The notes: a model not told the origin generated them from the letters alone. A DNA stretch of 64,000 nt from Candidatus Marinacidobacterium sp. (GCA_965204755.1 OZ242011.1:768001-832000), one strand, 5' to 3'. Shown: positions 9,862 through 20,171, counted from the first letter of the stretch. Numbers and translations are program-made.

Positions 9862-10968
9862 ATGACCAAGGTCGCCAAGCGTTCGCTCATCGCGGGCGGG
9901 GTCCTCGTCGCCATCGTCGGCGGTTCGGTCGTCGCCGGGCTCCCGCAGTACCTGAGCAACTATGTGGACATGCTCCAGGCGATGCGGGCCTTCGGGAAGG
10001 CGAACGAAGCGTACGGACGGAAGGAGTACGAGGAGGCCATCGAGTTCTACGGCACCGCTTCCGACAACGCTCCGAAGGACAACGCGCTCATCCAGACCAC
10101 GCTCGCTTTCTTCACGGCGAGCAGCCACGACCTGGTGCATCGGACCTCGCGCTCCAGCGACCCGGACACCGCCATGCACCTCGACGAAGCGGAGAAGGGC
10201 TACGAAGAGACGATCTCCATCGTCCAGGGGGCGCTCGCCGACCCCATGCTGGACCAGGAGACCAAGGACACCATCGCGGTGTACGAGCGCTACTCCGCCG
10301 AACAACTCGCCGGGATCTACCGCGGGTCGTCGCGCGACGACATGGGGAAGGCCGAGCACTACCTGAGGCGGCTCATCGAGTTGAACCCGGACCAGCCGGC
10401 GCGCTACTACACGCTCGGCGAGTTGTACGAGCAGTACCACGACCCGGAAGAGAATCCGCTCATGGACAAGGTGCTCGAGGCCTTCGAGATGCCGGTGCAA
10501 CTGAACCCCGAGGACCCCATCGGGTACCGGCAGGTGGCCAACCTGCTGAACCGCCACGGACGGTTCGACGAGACCATGGAGTGGCTCGGACGGGCGCGCG
10601 ATGTGGATGAGAGCAACCCCGAGGGCTACTACCTGGTCGCGACCTACTACTGGGACAAGGTGTACCGCGATCCGGACCTGAACCGGAACGAGCGGCGCGA
10701 CTACATCGATCTCGGGATCGACCAACTCGACCAGGCGCTCGACTTGAACGACGAGTATGTGGACGCCCTGATCTACAAGAACCTGCTCCTCCGGGAGAAG
10801 GCCAAGGTGGATACCCGGAACTCCTCGGCCCTCATCGCCGAGGCGGACGAGTACCGGAACCGCGCCCTCGCCCTCCGGGAAGCCCAGCAGGAAGCCGAGC
10901 GCGCCGCCGCCGCGGCCGCCGCCGAAGCGGCCGCCACCGCCACCACCACCGAGGAGCCGCAGCCCTAA
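9862..10968 (+). CDS. Membrane-anchored or exported TPR protein
   Basis: N-terminal hydrophobic segment; TPR-like repeats (LIELNPDQPARYYTLGELY, ALDLNDEYVDALIY). Confidence 0.8.
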   Translation: MTKVAKRSLIAGGVLVAIVGGSVVAGLPQYLSNYVDMLQAMRAFGKANEAYGRKEYEEAIEFYGTASDNAPKDNALIQTTLAFFTASSHDLVHRTSRSSDPDTAMHLDEAEKGYEETISIVQGALADPMLDQETKDTIAVYERYSAEQLAGIYRGSSRDDMGKAEHYLRRLIELNPDQPARYYTLGELYEQYHDPEENPLMDKVLEAFEMPVQLNPEDPIGYRQVANLLNRHGRFDETMEWLGRARDVDESNPEGYYLVATYYWDKVYRDPDLNRNERRDYIDLGIDQLDQALDLNDEYVDALIYKNLLLREKAKVDTRNSSALIAEADEYRNRALALREAQQEAERAAAAAAAEAAATATTTEEPQP

Positions 10969-11029
10969 GCGCGGCCCCGCCCCGGGAGACGACCCGCTCG
11001 AAGAGCACCCCGACGACTCCCGAACCCGG

Positions 11030-11076
11030 CCCCGTCGGCCGCCCGCTCCGGCGGCGGCCGGCGGGGTTTTTTCTTT
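11030..11076 (+). terminator. Rho-independent terminator
   Basis: CCCCGTCGGCCGCC / GGCGGCCGGCGGGG stem followed by TTTTTTCTTT. Confidence 0.85.
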
Positions 11077-11129
11077 GCCGCCGCCGCCCGCCGGCTCCCA
11101 ACCGGCTCACAACCGGTAACCGGCCGGAG

Positions 11130-11307
11130 CAGCCCGTGGAGAAAGTCCGGGGAGTGGATGGCCCCCTCCCCGCGATAGTCGGCGGAGGCAGTCGCGCAGC
11201 GATTCGCGCCGCCGGCCCGCGGGAAGAGCGCCTCGCCGCGAGACCGAACGCGGACTCGGCGCCCTCGCGCCGAGGAGTGGACGGCGGGGCGCTTTTTCCA
11301 CGGGCCG
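11130..11307 (+). mobile_element. MITE-like element, copy 1
   Basis: Imperfect terminal inverted repeats CAGCCCGTGGAGAAAG ... CTTTTTCCACGGGCCG; clearly homologous to 49779-50000 on the opposite strand. Confidence 0.75.
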
Positions 11308-11547
11308 AGAGGGGTTCGCCCCGATGACCGGCTCGGCCTTCGCGCCGTCAGCGGCTACCGTTACCGGAAACCCGTCCGCCGGTGGATCGGCCCGCGGGGA
11401 GAGCGAAACCCGCTCCCCGCGCCCCTCCCCGGAGGAGGGCGCTTCGCGGCGACGAGCGTTCCCGCCGCGACATTCGCCGCCGGCCGTCAGGACTCACGGC
11501 GCGGAGCGGGGGATGCCGCCGGGCGCCGCAGCGGAGGAACCGACACC

Positions 11548-14019
11548 ATGATCCGGCTGGACACCATCCTGCAGAAGGTCCGCGCCTACCAGCCGGATGC
11601 GGACACCACCCTGCTCCGGAGCGCGTATGTGGTGGCGGCGCAGGCGCACGGCGGGCAGGTCCGCCAGTCCGGCGAGCCCTACCTGACCCACCCGCTCGAG
11701 GTGGCGTCCATCCTCGCCGACCTCCACCTCGACCCGGTCGCCGTCGCCGCCGGGCTGCTCCACGATGTGGTGGAGGACTCCCGCGTCACCACCGAGGACA
11801 TCGAGCGCCGGTTCGGGAAACAGATGGGCCGGGTCATCGAAGGCGTCACCAAGTTGAGCCGCGTGGAGTTCAGTTCCGCCGAAGCGAACCAGGCGGAGAA
11901 TGTCCGCAAGATGCTCATCGCGATGACCGACGACATCCGGGTCATCCTGATCAAACTGGCCGACCGCCTCCACAACATGCGGACGCTCTCGCACCTGCGG
12001 GAGGACAAGCGCCGGAGGATCGCTTCGGAAACCCTCGATGTGTACGCCCCGCTCGCCGGCCGCCTGGGCATCGGACGCATCGAAGAGGAACTGCAGGAAC
12101 TCTCGCTGCGCCACCTGGAACCGCAGACCTACCGGGTGCTCGAGGCCCGCGTGAAGTCCAAGAAGCGGTGGGCGGACGACTTCATCCGCGACATCACCCG
12201 CACGCTGTGGAAGAAACTCCAGGCCGAGGACATCCCCGGCGAACTCTCCGGACGCCCGAAGAGCATCTATTCCATCTACCAGAAGATGCACCGGCAGCAG
12301 ATCGAACTCGACCAGATGTACGACTACATCGCGATCCGGCTGGTGACCGACACGATTCCGCACTGCTACACCGCTCTCGGCGTCGTCCACAACACCTGGC
12401 GCCCGATACCCGGACGGATCAAGGACTTCATCGCCATGCCCCGTCCGAACGGCTACCAGTCGCTGCATACCAGCCTGCTCACCGACTCCGGCACGCACTT
12501 CGAGGTGCAGATCCGCACGAAGAACATGCATCGGGTGGCGGAAGAAGGCATCGCGGCCCACTGGGGGTACAAGGCCTCCTCACCCTACGGCGACAAGGAA
12601 GTCGAACGGCTCGCCTGGCTGCGCCAGATGCTGGACTGGCAAAAGGAGGTGGACGATCCGCACGAGTTCCTCAGCAACCTGAAGATCGATCTCTACGCGG
12701 AGGAAGTGCACTGCTTCACCCCCAAGGGAGAAGTGAAGACCCTCCCCCGGGGCGCCACCGTCGTGGACTTCGCCTACGCCATCCACACCGAAGTCGGCCA
12801 CGGCTGCGCCGGCGCCCGGGTGAACGGCGCGGCGGCGCCGCTGCGCTACGAACTCCGGAACGGCGACATCTGCGAGATCCTGACCGACAAGAAGCACCTG
12901 CCGAGCGAAGACTGGATCAAGATCGCCCGGACGAACCGCGCCAAGACCAAGATCCGGGCGCGGCTGAACGCCGAAGCCCGGCGGCGGAGCATCGAGATCG
13001 GCCGCCAACTCATCGAGAAGGAAGCCGCCCGGTACGGTCTCGGTTTCCGCCGGGTGAAGAACGCCCCCGGACTGGAAGAGGCGAAGAAACGCCAGGGCGC
13101 CGCCACGCTGGACGACCTGCTCGCCGCCGTCGGCTACGGCCGGGTGGAAGCGTCCCGCGTGCTGCAGAACTGCTTCCCGGACGGCTCGCTGAAGAAGAAG
13201 GAGGACGCTTCGGCGCCGGCCGCCCCGATCGCCAGCGCCGTGCGGCGCATCATCGGCCGGGAAGCCGGGCAGATCCTGGTCAGCGGGCGCCGGGACAGTC
13301 TGGTGCACCGGGCGGAGTGCTGCTCCCCGATACCGGGGGAGGCGATCACGGGTTACCTCACCAAGGGGCGCGGCGTGGATGTGCACTCGGCCCGGTGCGC
13401 CCGCCTCGGCGACCTCGAACTCGACCCGGAGCGGCGGGTGAGCGTCACCTGGAAGTCGCTCACCGGCAGCCGTTACGACACCTGCCTCACCGTGGAAGTG
13501 GAGAACCGGAAGGGGATCCTCGCGGACATCACCAAGGTCATCGCCGAAGCCGACACCGACATCGTCACCGTGGAAGCCATCGCGGACGAGTTCGCCCGCG
13601 GCGAAATCCGGGTCACCGTCTCCGTCCGGAACACGAAGGAAGTGGACCGGCTGACGCAGACGGTCCGCGATGTCCCGGGAGTCATCCATGTCGAACGCGG
13701 ACGGGAACGAGCCGCTCCCGCCCCGGACGCTCCAACCCCGGACGCTCCCGCCCCGGACGAACCCGGCGACGCGCGCGGCGACGGGGACGGCGCCGCCTCC
13801 GGCGGGACGCAGCCGGCCGCGGCCCGCCCGGACCCGAACGGCGGGGCCGAACCGGAGCGATCCGGCGCCCCGGGCCAACCGAACGAGCCGAACGAGCCGG
13901 TTCCCGAACCCGCGCCTGCCGAAGCCGCGGGGACGGACGCCCTCGGCGGGGTCGGCCCGGTGGTCGGGCCGCAGGCGGGCGCCCCGCCCGCATCCGGGGC
14001 GGCGGCGGACCGGAAGTAG
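11548..14019 (+). CDS. rel: Bifunctional (p)ppGpp synthetase/hydrolase (long RSH)
   Basis: HD hydrolase LLHDVVED, KLADRLHNMRT, YQSLHT, EVQIRT, TGS, CC and ACT domains; low-complexity C-terminal tail. Confidence 0.96.
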   Translation: MIRLDTILQKVRAYQPDADTTLLRSAYVVAAQAHGGQVRQSGEPYLTHPLEVASILADLHLDPVAVAAGLLHDVVEDSRVTTEDIERRFGKQMGRVIEGVTKLSRVEFSSAEANQAENVRKMLIAMTDDIRVILIKLADRLHNMRTLSHLREDKRRRIASETLDVYAPLAGRLGIGRIEEELQELSLRHLEPQTYRVLEARVKSKKRWADDFIRDITRTLWKKLQAEDIPGELSGRPKSIYSIYQKMHRQQIELDQMYDYIAIRLVTDTIPHCYTALGVVHNTWRPIPGRIKDFIAMPRPNGYQSLHTSLLTDSGTHFEVQIRTKNMHRVAEEGIAAHWGYKASSPYGDKEVERLAWLRQMLDWQKEVDDPHEFLSNLKIDLYAEEVHCFTPKGEVKTLPRGATVVDFAYAIHTEVGHGCAGARVNGAAAPLRYELRNGDICEILTDKKHLPSEDWIKIARTNRAKTKIRARLNAEARRRSIEIGRQLIEKEAARYGLGFRRVKNAPGLEEAKKRQGAATLDDLLAAVGYGRVEASRVLQNCFPDGSLKKKEDASAPAAPIASAVRRIIGREAGQILVSGRRDSLVHRAECCSPIPGEAITGYLTKGRGVDVHSARCARLGDLELDPERRVSVTWKSLTGSRYDTCLTVEVENRKGILADITKVIAEADTDIVTVEAIADEFARGEIRVTVSVRNTKEVDRLTQTVRDVPGVIHVERGRERAAPAPDAPTPDAPAPDEPGDARGDGDGAASGGTQPAAARPDPNGGAEPERSGAPGQPNEPNEPVPEPAPAEAAGTDALGGVGPVVGPQAGAPPASGAAADRK

Positions 14020-14035
14020 GCGCTCCCCGCGCCGT

Positions 14036-15466
14036 TCAGGCGGGGACAGGAGACTCGCGCCGGCTTCCGAGCCGCCGCAGCAACCGGTGGCTGTAGATGC
14101 CGGTGTCGTGTCCGTCGCTCCAGAAGATCTGGATGCCGTAGTTCCCGACCGGAACCAGCCGCCGGGGAGCGAAGTCGGAAGGCAGGAGAAGGGTCAGGGA
14201 CTTGCGCTTCCCGCTCCACTCGTCCACGCAGGTGGCGCAGGGACAGTGGTTCCTCAGGTACTCGAAGTCGAGCCGGTCCTCGCGGCCGTCGCTCCAACGG
14301 ACCTCGACCGCGCCGCCGCGCACCTCGATGGACTCCGCGGTCCCTCCCTCGGTCCGCCCGTTCGCCTTGGCGACTTCCAGCGACACCCGGCGCGCGATCT
14401 CCCGGTAGGCGGCCGCAGTCGGGCTGCCCGGGTCGCGCGCGACCGTGGGCGTCCCCTCGTCGCCGGCGGCGACCACCTGCGGATCGAGGGGGAGTTCCCC
14501 GAGGAACGGCAACCCGAGGTCCGAAGCGACCTCGCGCCCGCCGCCGGAGGAGAACACCGCCGTGGTCTCGCCGCAATGCGGGCAGACCAGCGGGCACATG
14601 TTCTCGATCACGCCCAGCACCGGCACCGCGACCGGCTGGAACATCCGCAGCCCCTTCTCGGCGATGGTCCGCGCCACCACCTGCGGCGTGGTGACGATCA
14701 CCGCCCCGGCCAGCGCCGCGGTCTGGGCGATGGTGAGTTGGACATCCCCGGTGCCCGGCGGCAGGTCCACCAGCAGGTAGTCGAGTTCCCCCCAGACCAC
14801 GCCGCCCAGGAACTGCTGCACCAGCCGGGAGGCCATCGGCCCCCGCCAGATGACCGGCGTCTCCTTCGAGGAGAGCATCCCCATCGAAATGAGGCGCACG
14901 CCGTGGGCCTCCCGGGGCAGGAGCCGGCGGCGTTCGTCGGTCTCCGGCCGGGCGTCCACCCCCAGCATGGTGGTCTGCGACGGCCCGTACACATCGGCGT
15001 CGAGCAGCCCGACGCGCGCTCCGTCCTCGGCCAGGGCCACCGCCAGGTTCGCCGAGACGGTGCTCTTCCCCACCCCGCCCTTCCCGGAGGCCACCGCGAC
15101 CACATTCCGGACGCCGTCCGGCTTCGACGGGGGCGGAGGCGCCGGACGGCCGGCGGCCGCCGGGCCCCGGGCGGCCTCGGGAGCGTCCGGCGCCCGGGGG
15201 GCGGGCGACGCCGTCACCTCGGCGCGCACCGCCACCTCGGCGTGGGTGAACCCGCCCATCTCCAGCAGCGCCCGCTTCGCCCGCTCCCGGATCTCGGAAG
15301 CGGCCCGGCTGCCGATGTTCGGCAACACCACGGCGGCGCTGACCGCCGGAGCGCAGATGCGGATGTCCCGGACCTGTTCGAGTTCCACGATGTCCCGCCC
15401 CCCGAAGTCGGGGTTCCGGACGGCGGAAAGGGCCGAGAGGACTCGTTCGAGGTCGGACGGCGGCAT
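14036..15466 (-). CDS. apbC: Mrp/ApbC Fe-S cluster carrier ATPase with N-terminal DUF59-like and C-terminal DUF971/GBBH-like domains
   Basis: SGKGGVGKST, DADVYGPS, DLPPGTGD, ENM..CPHC; C-terminal W.DG...LRNHCPCATC...VGNYG....WSDGHDTGIY. Confidence 0.9.
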   Translation of the reverse strand: MPPSDLERVLSALSAVRNPDFGGRDIVELEQVRDIRICAPAVSAAVVLPNIGSRAASEIRERAKRALLEMGGFTHAEVAVRAEVTASPAPRAPDAPEAARGPAAAGRPAPPPPSKPDGVRNVVAVASGKGGVGKSTVSANLAVALAEDGARVGLLDADVYGPSQTTMLGVDARPETDERRRLLPREAHGVRLISMGMLSSKETPVIWRGPMASRLVQQFLGGVVWGELDYLLVDLPPGTGDVQLTIAQTAALAGAVIVTTPQVVARTIAEKGLRMFQPVAVPVLGVIENMCPLVCPHCGETTAVFSSGGGREVASDLGLPFLGELPLDPQVVAAGDEGTPTVARDPGSPTAAAYREIARRVSLEVAKANGRTEGGTAESIEVRGGAVEVRWSDGREDRLDFEYLRNHCPCATCVDEWSGKRKSLTLLLPSDFAPRRLVPVGNYGIQIFWSDGHDTGIYSHRLLRRLGSRRESPVPA

Positions 15467-15598
15467 GTGGGGAGGGGGAGGGCCGCCGGCGGGCGGGCGG
15501 CGGGGGGTTTCCGCGCCCGGTTTCGGCGGGGCGGCAACCGATTAGGATACTCCGCCGACGGTCCGACGATGCGCGCCCGTTGCGGAAAGGAGCCCTCC

Positions 15599-17989
15599 AT
15601 GAACCTCGCCCGACTGGCTGTCCGCCGGACGGCGGCGGCCTTCGCGGCCGGCGGCCGCGGCGCCGCCATCGCCGCCGCGCTCGCCGCCGGACTCTTCCTG
15701 CCGGTCCCGCCCGCGGACGCCGAAGCCCCGCCCGCGGCGCAGGAGAGCCGGCCCGCGCAGGAAGGCGAAGCGGAAGAGAGCCAGGAGGCCGAGGCCGAAG
15801 AGGAGGCGACGGGAGTGGAGCCGCTCCGTTACTCGGAGACCGTGGTGGTCTCCGCTTCGCGCATCGAGCAGGAGATCGTGAACGCTCCGGCGGCGATCAC
15901 CGTGATCGACACGGAACAGATCGAGGGCCAGGCGTCGAGCAACTTCGTGGACCTGATCCGGCAGGCGCCGGGCGTGAATGTGACGCAGTTGTCGAATCGC
16001 GACTTCAATGTGACCAGCCGGGCCGCGAGCGGCACCCTCGCCACTTCGCAACTCGTGCTCGTGGACGGCCGCTCGGTCTATCAGGACTTCTTCGGCTTCG
16101 TGGCCTGGGACCTGATCTCGGTGGGCCTCGAGGATCTCGAGCGGGTCGAAGTGGTCAACGGCCCGGCGTCCGCCGTCTGGGGGGCGAACGCCATGAGCGG
16201 CGTGGTGAACCTGATCACGCGCTCGCCCCGCGACAGCCAGGGAACGACCCTCGACCTGCGGTTCGGGGCCTTCGACCGCAGTGTCCCCGGTCGGGAGCAG
16301 GAGGCCGGGACACTCCTGTCCGGCACGCTCACCCATGCGCGGGCGGTGTCCGACACCCTCGCCTACCGGGTGAGCGCCGCCTTCACCCAGCAGGACGCGT
16401 TCGCCCGCCCCGCGGGCGAGATCCCGAACGGCACCGGCACGCTCTATCCGCCGGTGCCCGGACTGGACTCGCGGCTCCCCAAACTGGATGTCCGGGTGGA
16501 TTGGGACGCTCCCGACCGGTCGAGCGGCCTCCGGGTTTCCGGCGGTTACGCCGGCACGCAGGGCGCGCTGCACAGCGGACTCGGCCCGATGGAAGTGCAG
16601 CCCGGCACCTGGATGGGTTACGGACGGGTGCAGTACCTGAGGGACTCGATCGAAATCGGCGCCTTCATGAACACGACCCGCGCGAACTTCGACCTCCTCC
16701 TCGTCCAGTCCCCTTCCGGAGAGGAAATCCGGTCGCACCTGGTCTCGAACACCTACGACCTGAGTTTCAAGGACACGCGTTTCCTCGGAGGCCGGCACAT
16801 CCTGAGTTACGGCGCCAACGCCCGTTTCGTCACGATGGACATGGGCATCGCGCCGCTCGGCGACAGCCGCAACGAGCAGGGGATCTACCTCAACGACGAG
16901 ATCTTCTTCGGCGACCGGGTGCGCTGGATCGTGGGCGCGCGCGCCGACCGGATCAGCACCACCGACCGGGTCATCCTGTCGCCCCGCACGACCCTGATCG
17001 TCAAGCCGAACACCGACCACTCGCTGCGGTTCTCCTTCGGCCGCGCTTTCCGGGCGCCCTCGCTCGCCAACAACTACCTCGGCGTGGACATCTCGTCGCC
17101 GGCGGAATTCGACCTGCGCCCGGCCTTCCGGAGTTTCATCCCGTGGCTGGAGATCCCGGACTCCGCGCTGCCCGCCCCGGTGAACTACCGGGTGCCGTTC
17201 GTCGCGCGCGGCTCCCTCGACCTCGTCTCGGAGACCCTCACGAACTGGGAGGTCGGCTGGTCGGGGGCGATCACGGACCAACTCGGCGGGTCGGCGGCGT
17301 TCTACCTGAGCGATACCCGCAATGTCATCGACTTCACCGACACCGAGTTCTGGTCCGCGGCGAACGCGCCGCCGGGCTGGAACGAGGCGTTCGCCGATAC
17401 GCAGGCGTTCGTCGCGCGGCTGGTGAACGCCCTGCCTCCGGGCTCGTTCCCCGCCTCGGTGGAAGCGGTGGGCCGGGACGCCGGCGCCCTCGTGGACCTG
17501 CTCGGGGCGCTCGCCGATGTGCGGCTGCCGTCCGTGTTCACCTATGTGAACCGCGATTCCATCCGGAACCGCGGCGTCGAACTCGGACTCCAGGCGGCGT
17601 TTACACCGGAGGTACAGGGATATGTCAACTACAGTTGGCAGGACGATCCGGTCGTCGAGGGGTATTCGGAGGAGGAACTCGGGGAGGTGAGCCTCCCGGC
17701 GAAGCACCGGCTGAACGCCGGGCTGAACGCCCGCATCGGCGCGGCGAGCCTCGGCGTCACCGCCAACTACCAGGCCCGCGCGCGCTGGACCGATGTGCTC
17801 ACCGCGGACTACCACGGCTGGACCGAGCCCTTCACCATGGTGAACGCCAGTCTGGGGATCGAGTTGCTCGAAGGGCGGCTCCGCCCCGGCGTGCGGGTCG
17901 TCAACCTGCTGAACCAGGAGATCCAGCAGCACATCTTCGGCGATGTGCTGAAGCGCCAACTCATCGGCCAAGTCCGGTTCTCGTTCTGA
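15599..17989 (+). CDS. TonB-dependent outer membrane receptor
   Basis: Signal peptide, ETVVVSASR TonB box, plug motif ERVEVVNGPASAVWG.NAMSGVVN, C-terminal Phe; AAGGAG RBS before the ATG at 15599. Confidence 0.92.
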   Translation: MNLARLAVRRTAAAFAAGGRGAAIAAALAAGLFLPVPPADAEAPPAAQESRPAQEGEAEESQEAEAEEEATGVEPLRYSETVVVSASRIEQEIVNAPAAITVIDTEQIEGQASSNFVDLIRQAPGVNVTQLSNRDFNVTSRAASGTLATSQLVLVDGRSVYQDFFGFVAWDLISVGLEDLERVEVVNGPASAVWGANAMSGVVNLITRSPRDSQGTTLDLRFGAFDRSVPGREQEAGTLLSGTLTHARAVSDTLAYRVSAAFTQQDAFARPAGEIPNGTGTLYPPVPGLDSRLPKLDVRVDWDAPDRSSGLRVSGGYAGTQGALHSGLGPMEVQPGTWMGYGRVQYLRDSIEIGAFMNTTRANFDLLLVQSPSGEEIRSHLVSNTYDLSFKDTRFLGGRHILSYGANARFVTMDMGIAPLGDSRNEQGIYLNDEIFFGDRVRWIVGARADRISTTDRVILSPRTTLIVKPNTDHSLRFSFGRAFRAPSLANNYLGVDISSPAEFDLRPAFRSFIPWLEIPDSALPAPVNYRVPFVARGSLDLVSETLTNWEVGWSGAITDQLGGSAAFYLSDTRNVIDFTDTEFWSAANAPPGWNEAFADTQAFVARLVNALPPGSFPASVEAVGRDAGALVDLLGALADVRLPSVFTYVNRDSIRNRGVELGLQAAFTPEVQGYVNYSWQDDPVVEGYSEEELGEVSLPAKHRLNAGLNARIGAASLGVTANYQARARWTDVLTADYHGWTEPFTMVNASLGIELLEGRLRPGVRVVNLLNQEIQQHIFGDVLKRQLIGQVRFSF

Positions 17990-18083
17990 CGCCCGCTCGG
18001 CGTCGGACCGTGATCGGCGTCGAACCCGTGGTCGGCGTCGGACGACGCCCGCCGCGCGGGGGCGCCGGCGCGGCGGGCCCGGT

Positions 18084-20171
18084 TTACGAGGTCTTCAGGT
18101 AGCGGTCGAACCAGTCCAGGTAGCGCTCGTAGCGGTCCTGCTGGAAGGACGGGAGGCGGATCCCGTGGCCCTGCCCCGGATAGATGACGAGGCGGGTGGG
18201 GACGCCCAGGCGCCGCAGGCTCTGGTAGAGGTTCTCGGACTGGCTGAGCGGCACATTCCAGTCCTTTTCGCCGCAGAGCACCAGCGTCGGCGTCTTCACG
18301 CGGTCCACCCGGGAAATGGGTGAGAGGCGGTCGTAGAGGTCGAAGTTCTCCCAAGGCAGACCGAGTTCGAGTTCCCACTGCAACTGGTAGTGGTCGTTGC
18401 CGTAGGCGGCCCGGTAGTCGGTCTCGCTCGAGCCGCTCACCGCGGCGGCGAACCTGGTGGTCTTGGTGATCACATAGTTGGTGAGGATTCCCCCGTAACT
18501 CCAGCCGCCGACGCCGAGGCGCTCCGGGTCGGCGTAGCCGAGTTCGATCACCCGGTCCACCGCCGCGTTCACATCCTCGTAGTCGAGGTTGCCCCAGTCC
18601 GCCCAGATCGCCCGGGAGAACTCCTCGCCCCGGCCCGAGGAACCGCGCGGATTCGCCGCGACCACGACATAGCCGTTCGCCGCGAACACCTGCCAGAGCG
18701 GCTGGAACGCCGTCGAGAACTGGGCCACCGGCCCCCCGTGGATCCACAGGATCGTCGGGTACCGCTTCCCTTCCTCGTACCCGGTCGGGAGCGTCACGAA
18801 CCCCTGCACCTCGGTCCCGTCGGAACTGGCGAAGGTGATCCGCTCCACCGGCGCGAGCGCGACCCCGGCGAGCCCGGGCTCGTTCACCCGGGTCAACTTC
18901 CGCACTTCCCCGCCCCGTTCCCAGGCGACGACCTCCGCCGGACTCGTCGGGTCGGCGGACACGGCGACGCGCCTCCCGGCGGCGGCGGACAGCCCGCGAA
19001 GGTCGCGTTCGCCGGCGACGACGCGTTCGGGCACGGCGTCCGGAGCGATCCCGATGGAGGCCGCGTGCCGATTCCCCGCGTCCTCGAGCAGGGCGAGCAC
19101 GGCGGAGGAGTCCGCGGTGAAGTTCGGGTCGGAGAGGTTTCGGTCGAGCGACGCCGCCAGGTGGATCACCTCGTCGGTATTCCGGTCGAGGGCGAACAGG
19201 TGGTCGGTGGCGTACCAGATGAGTTCCGGCTTGCGATTCCCGAGGTGCGCGATCCATCTTCCGTCCGGACTGAACACCGGCGACCGGTCCGGCCCCGGGT
19301 TGTTCGTGAGCCGGAGCGGCTCGACCGCGGGGTCCGCGTCGCGGGGAATCAGGAACAGGTCCGAGTTGCCGGAGGCGTCGGCGTCCCCGCCGCCCGGAGG
19401 CCGCACGCTCGAGAACACGATCTCGGACGAATCCGGCGAAAACACCGGTGAACCGTCGTCGTACGGGCCGGAGGTGACTTGCCGGTGTTCGCCGGACGCG
19501 GCGTCCACCAGGTAGATGTGCCGGCGCCTCTCGCCCAGGTACCCCTGCCCGTCCCGCTTGAACTGCCGCCGGTCCACCACCAGCGGCTTGGGTTTCGATT
19601 CCTCTCCCGGGGCGGCGGCGTCCGGGTCGGGATCCATGGAGACCGCGGCGAAGGCCGTCCCGTCCGGCGCCCAGGCGAACGAAGAGACGCCGGCGGGCAG
19701 CGCGGTCAGCGCTTCGGCTTCGCCGCCGCCGAGCGGCATCGTCCAGATCTGCGACCGGTCGTCCTCGTCCGCGGCGAGGAACGCCAGCCGCGATCCGTCG
19801 GGGCTGAACCGGGGGTGGGACGCCGACCGGCCGGCGCCGGTGAGCGCCCAGGAGTCCCCGCCGGCGAACGGAACCGCGTGGAGCCGGCTGGAACCCTCGT
19901 CGTCCTCGAGCGATATCCGCGACACCGCATAGACGACCAGTTCGCCGTCGGGAGAGAGTCGAGGGTCGGACACGCGGGCGATCCCGAGCGCGTCCTCGAT
20001 CGTGAACGCGCGCCCGGAGGCCTGGCCGGATGCCGGCCCCGACTCCGCGCCCGGCGCCGCGCCGGACGCGCCGCCCGGCAGGACCCGAGCCGCCGCCGAA
20101 ACGGGGAGGACGAGCAGCGCCGCGCCGGCCGCCGACCGGAGGGTGAAACGAAGGAAAGGGATCGCGGTCAT
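18084..20171 (-). CDS. S9 family (acylaminoacyl/dipeptidyl) peptidase, exported
   Basis: Beta-propeller SPDG repeats, IHGGP, GWSYGG nucleophile, YPGQGH. Confidence 0.93.
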   Translation of the reverse strand: MTAIPFLRFTLRSAAGAALLVLPVSAAARVLPGGASGAAPGAESGPASGQASGRAFTIEDALGIARVSDPRLSPDGELVVYAVSRISLEDDEGSSRLHAVPFAGGDSWALTGAGRSASHPRFSPDGSRLAFLAADEDDRSQIWTMPLGGGEAEALTALPAGVSSFAWAPDGTAFAAVSMDPDPDAAAPGEESKPKPLVVDRRQFKRDGQGYLGERRRHIYLVDAASGEHRQVTSGPYDDGSPVFSPDSSEIVFSSVRPPGGGDADASGNSDLFLIPRDADPAVEPLRLTNNPGPDRSPVFSPDGRWIAHLGNRKPELIWYATDHLFALDRNTDEVIHLAASLDRNLSDPNFTADSSAVLALLEDAGNRHAASIGIAPDAVPERVVAGERDLRGLSAAAGRRVAVSADPTSPAEVVAWERGGEVRKLTRVNEPGLAGVALAPVERITFASSDGTEVQGFVTLPTGYEEGKRYPTILWIHGGPVAQFSTAFQPLWQVFAANGYVVVAANPRGSSGRGEEFSRAIWADWGNLDYEDVNAAVDRVIELGYADPERLGVGGWSYGGILTNYVITKTTRFAAAVSGSSETDYRAAYGNDHYQLQWELELGLPWENFDLYDRLSPISRVDRVKTPTLVLCGEKDWNVPLSQSENLYQSLRRLGVPTRLVIYPGQGHGIRLPSFQQDRYERYLDWFDRYLKTS

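Noticed and set aside
11136-11327. 63 aa ORF, and the similar 101 aa ORF at 49689-49994
   Set aside because: Both lie in the MITE copies and the reading frame is not conserved between them.
13670-17989. 1439 aa ORF
   Set aside because: The real TonB-dependent receptor starts at 15599 with RBS and signal peptide; the upstream part overlaps rel and apbC.
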